64,000 nt of DNA from positions 238,218 to 302,217 of the forward strand of contig JADKCZ010000005.1 in the NCBI GenBank assembly GCA_016718565.1, given 5' to 3'. Of the stretch, positions 1 to 8,505 are shown one piece after another. Under the pieces are notes generated by a model. The model worked only from the letters and a program-made list of their open reading frames with translations, was not told the DNA's origin and ran no database searches. A program made the translations under genes and the position numbers. Source of the DNA: Anaeromyxobacter sp. Its GTDB lineage: Bacteria > Myxococcota > Myxococcia > Myxococcales > Anaeromyxobacteraceae. How positions within the stretch are numbered: the first letter of the stretch is position 1; every line of letters starts with the position of its first letter.

Positions 1-161
1 GCTACCGGCAGGCCAGCGACGACCTCTGGCTCCTGCTCGACGGCGAGACCGGCCGCCTGCGCGCCCACGTCCACCGCCGCTGGGAGAGCCAGGACCCGGA
101 GCGCAGGGACAGCGCGCGCCGGGGCGAGGCGGATCCTTGGTCCCCGGGGGCCACCCAGTGA
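1..161 (+). CDS. 3' end of a hypothetical protein that is paralogous to the next gene; its 5' end lies outside the window
   Basis: Frame from nt 3 reads ...YRQASDDLWLLLDGETGRLRAHVHRRWES... and stops at TGA 159-161. The C-terminus parallels the DELWVLVDEETGLVADVVRR C-terminus of the downstream gene. Confidence 0.35.
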   Translation, partial: YRQASDDLWLLLDGETGRLRAHVHRRWESQDPERRDSARRGEADPWSPGATQ

Positions 162-655
162 CCGGGCGCCAGCGCCGGCGAGCCGCGGCGGCGGTGGCCA
201 TGGGGCTGCTCCTCCCCAGCTGCATCATCCCGCTGGCCGGCGACCGGACCGGCCGCTCGGTGTCCCTGCACCCGGCGGACCTGCAGCCGGGCAAGACCAG
301 CAAGGCCGGGCTGTTCGGCCGCCTCGGCCCGCCGCTGGCCATCGCCGGGCCCGGCGAGGAGGTGGCGTTTCCCGCGCCCCGCGTCCAGCACGTGGCCCGC
401 TTCGGTGCCCGCCTGGACGGCGGGGGCACCACCACCCGGCAGGCCGACGCCTGGTTCGCCTCGTTCGAGGCGCGGGGTCCGGTCCGCGCCGGCCACCGGG
501 TCTACTACTGGTCCACCACCACCCACGGGGGCTGGGCGCTCTGGCTGGTGTTCCTGGTGTTCCGCGGCAACTCGTCTTCGACCGACGAGCTCTGGGTCCT
601 GGTCGACGAGGAGACAGGGCTGGTGGCGGACGTGGTGCGCCGCTCCGGCGGGTGA
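158..655 (+). CDS. Hypothetical lipoprotein, tandem paralog of the upstream partial gene
   Basis: GTG start at 158 overlaps the upstream TGA (GTGA). Signal peptide RRRAAAAVAMGLLLPSC has a lipobox-like LPSC. The protein composition is non-repetitive. Confidence 0.45.
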   Translation: MTGRQRRRAAAAVAMGLLLPSCIIPLAGDRTGRSVSLHPADLQPGKTSKAGLFGRLGPPLAIAGPGEEVAFPAPRVQHVARFGARLDGGGTTTRQADAWFASFEARGPVRAGHRVYYWSTTTHGGWALWLVFLVFRGNSSSTDELWVLVDEETGLVADVVRRSGG

Positions 656-767
656 GGGCGGCGCCGCCCCCGGTCTGCTGGTCTGCAGCCTGGTGACTGA
701 TCCGGCTGCCGGCGCGGTGGCGCCCGTTCCCGCGGCGCGGCGCGCGGCGCACCGTTAGCTCCCCGAC

Positions 768-1379
768 ATGGCACCCACCGTCACCCTCTGGTCCGACTTC
801 GTCTGACCCTTCTGCTTCGTCGCCGAAGCCAGCAGCCTGGTCAGGCTGCAGCAGGAGTACGACGTCACGCTCGACTGGCGCGGGTTCGAGCTCCACCCGG
901 ACACGCCGATCGGCGGCCGGGCGCTGGCCGACACCTTCGGCGCCGAGAGGTACGCCGCCATGCGCGCCCACCTCTCCCGCTTCGCGGCCGGCTTCGGCAT
1001 CACCGACATGCTGGCCCCCGAACGCTCCCCCAACACCCGGGCGGCCCTGGCGCTGGCGGAGCACGCCCGGGACCAGGGGCGGCTCCACGAGGCACGCCAC
1101 GCCCTCATGGAGGCCTTCTGGCGGCGCGGCGAGGACCTGGAGGACCGGGCGGTGCTGGCCCGCTGCGCCAGCGCGGCCGGCCTCGATCCGGTCGCCGCGC
1201 TGGCGGCCATCGACGACCCGGCGGTGACGGCCCGCGTCGACGCCATGGGGCGCGACGCCGCCCGGGCCGGCGTGACCGGCATCCCCACCTTCCTCATCGG
1301 CGACCGCCGGGTGGTCGGCTGCCAGCCGTTCGAGGTGCTCGCGGCCGCGGCGGAAGCGGCCGGGGCGAGGCGGCGCTGA
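768..1379 (+). CDS. DsbA/FrnE-like thiol-disulfide oxidoreductase, predicted selenoprotein with a U-P-F-C redox motif and an in-frame TGA at 804-806
   Basis: ATG 768 follows a TAG at 756-758. Translation MAPTVTLWSDFV[TGA]PFCFVAEA... runs in frame into ORF 960..1379. The TGA sits exactly where the first Cys of the DsbA-family SDxxCP(F/W)C motif is expected. A hairpin GCAGCC-UGGUCA-GGCUGC at 832-849 lies 26-43 nt downstream of the UGA and has GGUC in its loop, which is SECIS-like. Confidence 0.6.
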
Positions 1380-1623
1380 GGAGATCCCCGGGCGCTCCCC
1401 CCCGGGGTGGTCGGGCCCGACACCGCCGGCACCGGCGCGGCGGGTCAGCGAGCGGTGGGCCAGGCGGGCCTGGCCGCGCGGAGCCACCAGGCGCTCCTGG
1501 CGCGTCGGCGCCGCGCCGCTGAAGCCGCTTCCGTGAGCCTCCCTGGCGGAGGCCTCACGGCCAGCGCCCGGGCGAGCGGCGGCCGCGGGGCACGCCCGCG
1601 GTGGTGTTACACTCCGCGCCCAT

Positions 1624-3291
1624 GTGCCCTCCCAGCTGGCCTTTCGTGCCCGTCGCAGGCGAGGCCGCCGAGTGAGCGCCCCGGCCGGCGCCGATCGGCG
1701 GCGCGACCGAGGCGCGCTCCTCGCGGTCGCCTGCGTCACCTTCCTGGTCTTCGCCTTCACCCTGCGCCTCGACTTCGTGGCCACCTGGGACGACGGCATC
1801 TACATCCTCGGCAACGAGAACATCCGCCAGCTCTCGCTGGCCACCGTGGGCTGGGCGATCACCGCCGTGCAGCACCTCTGGGCCCCGGTCACCTGGCTCT
1901 CCTTCGCGGTCGACCACGCCATCTGGGGGCTCGACCCGTTCGGCTTCCACCTCACCAACGCGGTCTGCCACGCGCTCGCCGCCGGCCTGGTGGCCTGGCT
2001 GGCGCTGGAGGTGCTGCAGGCGGCCTCCCCCGGGCTGCCGCGGCGGACCAGCCGGGTGGTGGCCCTGGCCGCGGCGCTCGTCTGGGCGCTGCACCCGCTG
2101 CGGGTGGAGTCGGTGGCCTGGGTCTCCGAGCGCAAGGACGTCCTGAGCGGCCTGCTGGGGCTCCTCGCCGTCCTCGCCTACCTCGGGTACGCGCGGAGCC
2201 CGGCCGGGCCCGGCCGGCGCTGGGGCGCCTACGGCCTGGCGCTGGCCTGCTACGCGCTCTCGCTGGGCGCCAAGTCGGCGCTGGTGACGCTGCCGCTGGC
2301 CCTGCTGCTCCTCGACTGGGTGCCGCTCCGCCGCTTCGGCGCCGAGGGCCTGCGCGCGCTGCTCCTGGAGAAGCTCCCGTTCTTCCTGCTGGCGGGCGTG
2401 GTGACCGCCATCACCTTCGTGCCCTTCCAGGGCGCCGGCCTGTCGCTCCAGGAGTCCGGGCTGGAGTCGCGCGCCCTCATCGCGCTGCGCTCGACCTGGG
2501 ACTACCTCGGCATGTCGCTCTGGCCCTCCGGCCTGAGCCCCTTCTACCTGCACCCGATCCGGGCCAGCCTCCAGGACCCCGCCTTCCTCCTGCCCTCGCT
2601 CGGCACCCTGGCGCTCACCGCGGCGGCGCTCTGGCAGGCGCGGCGGCGGCCGGCGCTGGCCGCCACCTGGCTCGCCTACCTCGTGCTCCTGGCCCCAGGG
2701 CTCATGGCCACCCAGGTGTCCGACACGGCCATGGCCGATCGGTTCACCTACCTCCCGGCCATCCCGCTCACGCTGCTGCTCGCCGCTGGCCTGGGCGCGC
2801 TGGCCGACCGCGTCCGCGCGCCGGCCGGCCTGGCCGTGGCCGGCGCGGTGGCGCTGGGCGTGCTGGTGACGCTGTCCGTCCTCACGGTCCGCCAGATCTC
2901 CTACTGGCAGGACGACGTGACCCTCTGGACCCGCGCCATCGACGTCCGGCCGCACTTCTCCGGGCGGATCTACTTCATGCGCGCCACCGCTCACGAGCAG
3001 CGCGGCGACCTGAAGAGCGCCCTGGTCGACGTGGACGAGGCCCTGGCCATCGCCACCGCCAAGCGGTACGGCCGGCTGCAGGACCTCCACACCAAGCGCG
3101 CCCGCATCCGGAAGCAGGCCGGTGACCTCGCCGGGGCCCTGGCCGACTACAGCCAGGCCCTCGCCACCGAGAGCTCGCCGGACCTGCGCGCCATGCTGCT
3201 CGCCGAGCGCGCCGAGGTCCACCGTGGGCTGGGCCAGGCCGACCTGGCGGACGAGGACCTCCGCCAGGCGGCGCAGCCCGCGCAGCGGTAG
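1624..3291 (+). CDS. Polytopic membrane protein of the PMT / GT39 (C-type glycosyltransferase, DUF1736-like) family with C-terminal TPR repeats
   Basis: GTG start. DDGIYIL (DD motif in the first loop), multiple TM helices, and a C-terminal TPR-like region (HEQRGDLKSALVDVDEALAI..., QAGDLAGALADYSQALA...). This architecture is typical of Anaeromyxobacter/Geobacter TPR-glycosyltransferases. Confidence 0.65.
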   Translation: MPSQLAFRARRRRGRRVSAPAGADRRRDRGALLAVACVTFLVFAFTLRLDFVATWDDGIYILGNENIRQLSLATVGWAITAVQHLWAPVTWLSFAVDHAIWGLDPFGFHLTNAVCHALAAGLVAWLALEVLQAASPGLPRRTSRVVALAAALVWALHPLRVESVAWVSERKDVLSGLLGLLAVLAYLGYARSPAGPGRRWGAYGLALACYALSLGAKSALVTLPLALLLLDWVPLRRFGAEGLRALLLEKLPFFLLAGVVTAITFVPFQGAGLSLQESGLESRALIALRSTWDYLGMSLWPSGLSPFYLHPIRASLQDPAFLLPSLGTLALTAAALWQARRRPALAATWLAYLVLLAPGLMATQVSDTAMADRFTYLPAIPLTLLLAAGLGALADRVRAPAGLAVAGAVALGVLVTLSVLTVRQISYWQDDVTLWTRAIDVRPHFSGRIYFMRATAHEQRGDLKSALVDVDEALAIATAKRYGRLQDLHTKRARIRKQAGDLAGALADYSQALATESSPDLRAMLLAERAEVHRGLGQADLADEDLRQAAQPAQR

Positions 3292-3436
3292 GCCGGCGTC
3301 ACCACCTGGGCGGGGGTGTGGCGCAGGGGCAGGGGCGTGCTGCTGCACCCTCTCCCGCTGGCCCGAAGGTGAGGCTCCACCCGGCGCGTGTCCTCCCGGC
3401 GTCCGGGGGCGCAGACTCCTGGTCCGGGAGGCCCCC

Positions 3437-3838
3437 ATGCGCACGCCTGTCCTGCTGCTGCTGCTCGCCGGATGCGGCAACGCCCACTGGACCGAGGCCG
3501 AGGTGGAGCCGCCGCGAGACACCGACGAGGTGGTCGCCGCGGTGGCCTCCCTGCCCGAGTGCGGTGCGCTCCGGGACCGCGGCGGGATCATCCGCTGGCG
3601 CCCCCTGGTGTTCTGCGGGGCAGCCCAGCCGGTCTCGGGCTGCGCCTACCCGTTCCGGGACCCGCCGCTCATCGAGCTCGTCTACCGCTCGTCGGCCTGG
3701 GACGGCCCGCCCCAGAGTCCGACCATCTCGGCCCTGGCCCACGAGCTCTGCCACGTGTGCGGCTACATCGACGGCCCGGACCGCGAGGCGCAGGCCGACG
3801 CGTGCGCCATGCGGGCCAGGCACATGGCTGGGCAGTGA
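3437..3838 (+). CDS. Small lipoprotein with an HExxH zinc-metalloprotease-like motif
   Basis: RBS GGGAGG precedes ATG 3437. Signal and lipobox LLLLLAGCGN. Motif ALAHELCHVCGY. Several Cys residues. Confidence 0.5.
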   Translation: MRTPVLLLLLAGCGNAHWTEAEVEPPRDTDEVVAAVASLPECGALRDRGGIIRWRPLVFCGAAQPVSGCAYPFRDPPLIELVYRSSAWDGPPQSPTISALAHELCHVCGYIDGPDREAQADACAMRARHMAGQ

Positions 3839-3878
3839 GCACCCGCCGTCCAGGTCGCACCCGCACCGGAGGTCCGCC

Positions 3879-5069
3879 ATGCCAGGCGCGCGTCGTGGTC
3901 ACCCGCCACTCCTCCTCGCCCTGGTGGCCGCGCTCGGCGCCTGCGGCAGCGAGCCGACCGGCACCGTCGGCGCCTGGCGACTCGGCGCCCCGATGATCGA
4001 GGCGCGCTCGGGTCACAGCGCGACCGTGCTGCCGAGCGGCCTCGTCCTGGTGGCGGGCGGCGCGGGCGCCTGGCACGCGGACGGCAGCGCCGACATCCTG
4101 GCCAGCGCCGAGCTCTACGACCCGGTGACCGGGGTCTGGACCCCGGCGGCCTCCATGGGGACGGCCCGCGGCTGGCACTCGGCCACGCTCCTCCAGGACG
4201 GCCGGGTGCTGGTGGCGGGGGGCGTCGGTGCCCAGCTCCCGGGCCGGTACACCGACCTCACCAGCGCCGAGCTCTACGACCCCGCCACGAATCGCTGGGA
4301 AGAGACCGGCTCGATGGCCTGGCCACGCGACGGCGAGGCCGTGCTCCTGCCCGACGGCCAGGTGCTGGTCGCCGGGGCCTGCCTGGACGACGGGACCGTG
4401 CTGGCCGTCTCCGAGCGCTACGACCCGGTGAGCGGGACCTGGTCGGACGCGGGGGCGCTCCCCGCCGCGCAGTACTCGATGCCGATGGTGCTCCTCGGGC
4501 CGGCTGGCCCCGTCCTCCTGGCGGGCGGGATCAGCTCCAGGTGCACCACCTGGGAGACCGCCGGGCTCACCTCGCGGGCCCACCTGTACGACCTCACGAC
4601 CCGGACCTGGCGGGCGACCGCGCCGCTCCCCGTCTCGATCTCCGACCACACGCTGACGCTGCTCTGGTCCGGCGAGGTGCTCCTCACCTCGGGGGGCCGG
4701 GGCCGGACCCAGAACCCGGGCGGACCGGCGCTGCTCTTCGACCCCGCCCAGGAGACCTGGCGGCCGACCGGCCCGATGGCGTGGACGCACCACGTCGCGG
4801 AGGCGCGCGTCCTGCCCTCTGGCCGGGTCCTGGTCGCCGCCGGGAACTGGGTGGACGACGAGGGCGACTACCACGCTCCGGGAGGTGACGTGTACGACGC
4901 CGGCCTCGACGCCTGGTCGCCCACCCCGGTGCTGCCCCACCACGTCCTCGCCTGGTGCGCCGCCGTGACCCTGCCGTCTGGTGAGGTGCTCCTCACCGGG
5001 GGCGAGATCTTCAGCCCGGGCCCCTCACGGCAGGTCACCATCTCCGCCGTCCAGCTCTTCCGGGAGTGA
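3879..5069 (+). CDS. Kelch-repeat beta-propeller lipoprotein (galactose-oxidase-like fold)
   Basis: RBS GGAGG precedes ATG 3879. Lipobox LGACGS. Repeated motifs such as LxDGRVLVAGG and AELYDPxTxxW are typical of Kelch blades. Confidence 0.65.
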   Translation: MPGARRGHPPLLLALVAALGACGSEPTGTVGAWRLGAPMIEARSGHSATVLPSGLVLVAGGAGAWHADGSADILASAELYDPVTGVWTPAASMGTARGWHSATLLQDGRVLVAGGVGAQLPGRYTDLTSAELYDPATNRWEETGSMAWPRDGEAVLLPDGQVLVAGACLDDGTVLAVSERYDPVSGTWSDAGALPAAQYSMPMVLLGPAGPVLLAGGISSRCTTWETAGLTSRAHLYDLTTRTWRATAPLPVSISDHTLTLLWSGEVLLTSGGRGRTQNPGGPALLFDPAQETWRPTGPMAWTHHVAEARVLPSGRVLVAAGNWVDDEGDYHAPGGDVYDAGLDAWSPTPVLPHHVLAWCAAVTLPSGEVLLTGGEIFSPGPSRQVTISAVQLFRE

Positions 5070-5137
5070 GCGCTGCACCGCCGATCCCCACGCTGGGCAG
5101 GGATGCCGCCCCGGCCGCCCGGCGCTAGGCTCTCCCC

Positions 5138-5659
5138 ATGCTCGTCGGCCTGGTCTCCGACTCCCACGGCCTGGCCGACCCGGCCCTGCCGGCGCTCCTG
5201 GCCGGCTGCGACCTCATCCTGCACGCCGGCGACCTGGTGAAGCCGGCGGTGCTGGCCGCCCTGGAGGTGGTGGCGCCGGTCCGCGCGGTGCGGGGGAACA
5301 ACGACCTGGCGCCGGGGCTGGAGGAGCTGCCGGACCACCGGCTGGTCACCCTCGACGGCCTGACGGCCTACCTGGTGCACGACGTCGGCTCGCCGGGGCG
5401 CCCCCACCCCTCGGTCGGCAAGGCGCTGCGCCGGCTCCGGCCCGCCCTGGTGATCCACGGCCACAGCCACCGGCCCGGCACGGCGCTGGTGGGGAGCCAC
5501 CTCTTCGTCAACCCGGGCAGCGCCGGGCCGCGCCGCTTCGACCTGCCGCGCACCGCCGGCCGGCTCCGGGTGGACGGGCGCGGGGTGGAGGTGACGCTCT
5601 TCGACCTGGCCACCTCGCCGCCGAGGCCGCTCGCCGCGCCGCTCCGGCTGCTGCTGTGA
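5138..5659 (+). CDS. Metallophosphoesterase (YfcE/MJ0936-like calcineurin-type phosphodiesterase)
   Basis: Motifs DSHG, GD, GNND and GHSH, in the order expected for the MPP superfamily. Confidence 0.85.
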   Translation: MLVGLVSDSHGLADPALPALLAGCDLILHAGDLVKPAVLAALEVVAPVRAVRGNNDLAPGLEELPDHRLVTLDGLTAYLVHDVGSPGRPHPSVGKALRRLRPALVIHGHSHRPGTALVGSHLFVNPGSAGPRRFDLPRTAGRLRVDGRGVEVTLFDLATSPPRPLAAPLRLLL

Positions 5660-5766
5660 CCCCCCTCCCCTGGAGGTGGTCCACCCCCTTTCCTCGAAGT
5701 GCACCCCCCGGGCAGACCTCGTTCGCCTAGACTCCCCGCTCCCGCGCCGCACCTGGAGACCTGCCC

Positions 5767-8268
5767 ATGACCACCCGCCTCGCCGCCCTGGCCTTGCTCA
5801 TGGTGTCCGCAGCCTGCGGAGGCGGGTCGTCTTCTCCGGCGCCGGCCTCGCTGGCCTTCACCGCCGAGCCCGCCTCGGGCAGCGCCCTGGCGCCGCTGGC
5901 CCCCGTGGTGACGGTGGAGCTGCGCGACGCCGCCGGCCTGCTGGTCGCGGACGCCACGGCCTCGGTGACGGTGGCCCTGGCCCCGGGCGCCGGCGCGGCG
6001 GTGCTGGCCGGCACCACCACCCGGGCCGCGGTGGCCGGGGTGGCCACCTTCCCTGGCCTGGTGGTGGCCCGCGCGGGGAGCGGCTACCGCCTCACGGCCA
6101 GCTCGGCCGGGCTCACCGGCGCCACCAGCGCCGCCTTCTCGGTGGCGCCGGGGCCCGCCGCCACGCTGTCCCTGGTGCGCCAGCCCGCCGACGGCCGCAC
6201 CGGGGTGGCGCTGGTGCCCGCCCTGGAGGTGAGCGTGCTGGACGCGGCCGGCAACGCCGTGGAGGACTACGCCTACCAGGTCGACGTGTCGCTCGCGCCG
6301 GGTCCGTCGGGCGGGCCGCTCACCGGCGCCACCTCCGTCGCGGCGGTGGGCGGCGTGGCCAGCTTCCCCGACCTCGCCGTGGGCGGCGTGGGTCCCCACG
6401 CGCTCCGGGTGTCGCAGGGCGGCTTGCCCGCGCTGACCACCTCCACCTTCACCCTCTCCGACGCCTGGGTCTCCCTCGGCCCGGACGGCGGCCTGGTGGC
6501 GGTGGCCCCGGATCCCGGCAGCCCGCTCACCGCCCTGGCGGGCGGGGAGGCCAGCGGGGGGCTCTGGCGCACCGAGGACGGCGGCCTCAGCTGGACGCCC
6601 ATCGCCCCGCTGCGCGGCCGCACCCTCACCCCGACCTTCCAGCAGGCGGGCGTCGCCTGGGCCTACGGCGACTCGCTCTGGCGCTCGGCCGACGGCGGCG
6701 TGAGCTGGGTGGAGACCCCTGGCCTGGCCCTCTCGCAGGACGGCGCGGTCGTCGGGGTGGCGCGGGATCCGGTCAGCGGGGTCACCTACGCCGCCATCAG
6801 CGACATCGACAGCCGGATCCTGGCCAGCGCCGACGACGGCGCCACCTTCACGACGGTGGCCCCGGCGCTCCCCGCCGGCGCCTCGCTCCTCGAGGTGGCG
6901 GCCGGACCGGGCGGCCTCTCGGTGCTCACCAGCCAGGGGTTCCAGACCCTGGCGCGGGACGCGCTCGCCTGGACCTCGCCCGTCCCGGTGGACACCAACC
7001 CGTACCTCCTGCTGGCCCACCCCACCGAGCCCCAGGTCCTCTTCGCCGCCGGCATCTTCGGCCTCCACCGGACCGGCGACGGCGGCGCCACCTGGGAGCA
7101 GGTGGCGCAGGGCCCCTTCCGCGACGTCTGGATCGACCCGGCCGACGACGCGGCCGTCCTGGCCCTCCGGCTCGTGGGCGGCCTGCAGGTCTCCGGCGAC
7201 GGCGGCCTCACCTTCCCCACCAGCGTGGCCCTGGCTTCCTTCGAGGGGCTGTCTCTCGCCGGCACCGCCTCGAGCCTCTACCTCGGCGCGGACGACGGCC
7301 CGTACCGCAGCACCGACCGAGGTGCGACCTGGACTGCCGCCAGGGGCGGACTGCACGCCCGCCGCCTCGGCGCCGTCGCGGTCTCGGGCGGGTCGCCCTC
7401 GGTGCTCCTGGCCGCGGCCGACCACGGCGCGCTCTTCCGCTCGCTCGACGGCGGGAGCACCTTCGAGCCGGTGGCCTCGGGCGGGGGCTCCGAAGGGCGG
7501 CAGCTGGTCTTCGATCCCGCCAGGCCGGAGCGCGCCTACTTCCTGAACGGCACGCTGATGGCGTCGGACGACGCCGGCGCCACCTGGACCCAGCTCGGCG
7601 CGGCGCCCCCGGCCATCGTGCACCTGGCGATCTGCCGGCAGACGCCGACCACGCTCTGGGCCTCCGATCAGAACACCACCGGCGTCTGGCGGTCGACCGA
7701 CGCCGGCGCGACCTGGGCCAGGGTCTTCACCCGGCCGGACGCCAACTTCGGGGTCGGCGACGTGTCGGCCGACGCGGGCGACCCGGCCGTCGCCACCTTC
7801 CCGGCCATCGACTACGCCCCCAGCAGCGCCAGGACCGGGCTCTGGCAGACCCGCGACGCCGGCCTCACCTGGAACAAGCTGGCCGAGCCCTTCTACGGCT
7901 ACCTCCTGGTGGACGGCCTGGAGCCCGGCGCGTTCTGGGCGCTCAACGGCTCCTCCCTGAAGGGCACCACCGACCAGGGGGCCACCTTCACCTCGGTGGC
8001 GCCGCCCATGACCGGCAGCGGATTGGCGCTGGCCCTCGACCCCGCCGATGGGTCCCGGCTGGCGCTGGGCACCGTGAGGACCTACGCCTCCCTGCCGGCC
8101 GACGGCGTCTTCCTCTCCGCCGACCGCGGCGCCACCTGGTTCCAGGCGCGCAGCGGGCACGACCTCTTCAGCACCTACGCCCTGGCCTTCGACCCCGGCG
8201 ACGCGGCCACCCTGTACGCGGCGACCAGGGGCGGCGGCCTCCTCAAGACCACCACCGGCGGGCGGTAG
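5767..8268 (+). CDS. Lipoprotein with N-terminal Ig-like repeats and a BNR/Asp-box beta-propeller (sialidase / Ycf48-like fold)
   Basis: RBS GGAGAC. Lipobox SAACGG. About ten S/T-x-D-G-G-x-S/T-W/F Asp-box motifs (TEDGGLSW, SADGGVSW, TGDGGATW, STDRGATW, ...). Confidence 0.75.
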   Translation: MTTRLAALALLMVSAACGGGSSSPAPASLAFTAEPASGSALAPLAPVVTVELRDAAGLLVADATASVTVALAPGAGAAVLAGTTTRAAVAGVATFPGLVVARAGSGYRLTASSAGLTGATSAAFSVAPGPAATLSLVRQPADGRTGVALVPALEVSVLDAAGNAVEDYAYQVDVSLAPGPSGGPLTGATSVAAVGGVASFPDLAVGGVGPHALRVSQGGLPALTTSTFTLSDAWVSLGPDGGLVAVAPDPGSPLTALAGGEASGGLWRTEDGGLSWTPIAPLRGRTLTPTFQQAGVAWAYGDSLWRSADGGVSWVETPGLALSQDGAVVGVARDPVSGVTYAAISDIDSRILASADDGATFTTVAPALPAGASLLEVAAGPGGLSVLTSQGFQTLARDALAWTSPVPVDTNPYLLLAHPTEPQVLFAAGIFGLHRTGDGGATWEQVAQGPFRDVWIDPADDAAVLALRLVGGLQVSGDGGLTFPTSVALASFEGLSLAGTASSLYLGADDGPYRSTDRGATWTAARGGLHARRLGAVAVSGGSPSVLLAAADHGALFRSLDGGSTFEPVASGGGSEGRQLVFDPARPERAYFLNGTLMASDDAGATWTQLGAAPPAIVHLAICRQTPTTLWASDQNTTGVWRSTDAGATWARVFTRPDANFGVGDVSADAGDPAVATFPAIDYAPSSARTGLWQTRDAGLTWNKLAEPFYGYLLVDGLEPGAFWALNGSSLKGTTDQGATFTSVAPPMTGSGLALALDPADGSRLALGTVRTYASLPADGVFLSADRGATWFQARSGHDLFSTYALAFDPGDAATLYAATRGGGLLKTTTGGR

Positions 8269-8505
8269 CCGCTCGCGGCGGCCCGCACCGGGCCCGCCGC
8301 GGAGGCCTGGCACGAGACACCGGGCTCGCCGCCCTGCCGGGAGGCGAGGCCGCCCAGCGCCTCGGCCCCCCTTCCCGCCAGGGGCTCGGACGTTCCATCG
8401 CACCCGGCCGTGGCGACCCGGCAAATCCGGATCCCGACCTCGACGGGGGACCTACGCTTGGTCCGTCGTTCGCCCGGCGTGCCGGAGCGGACGGGGAGGG
8501 GTCCC

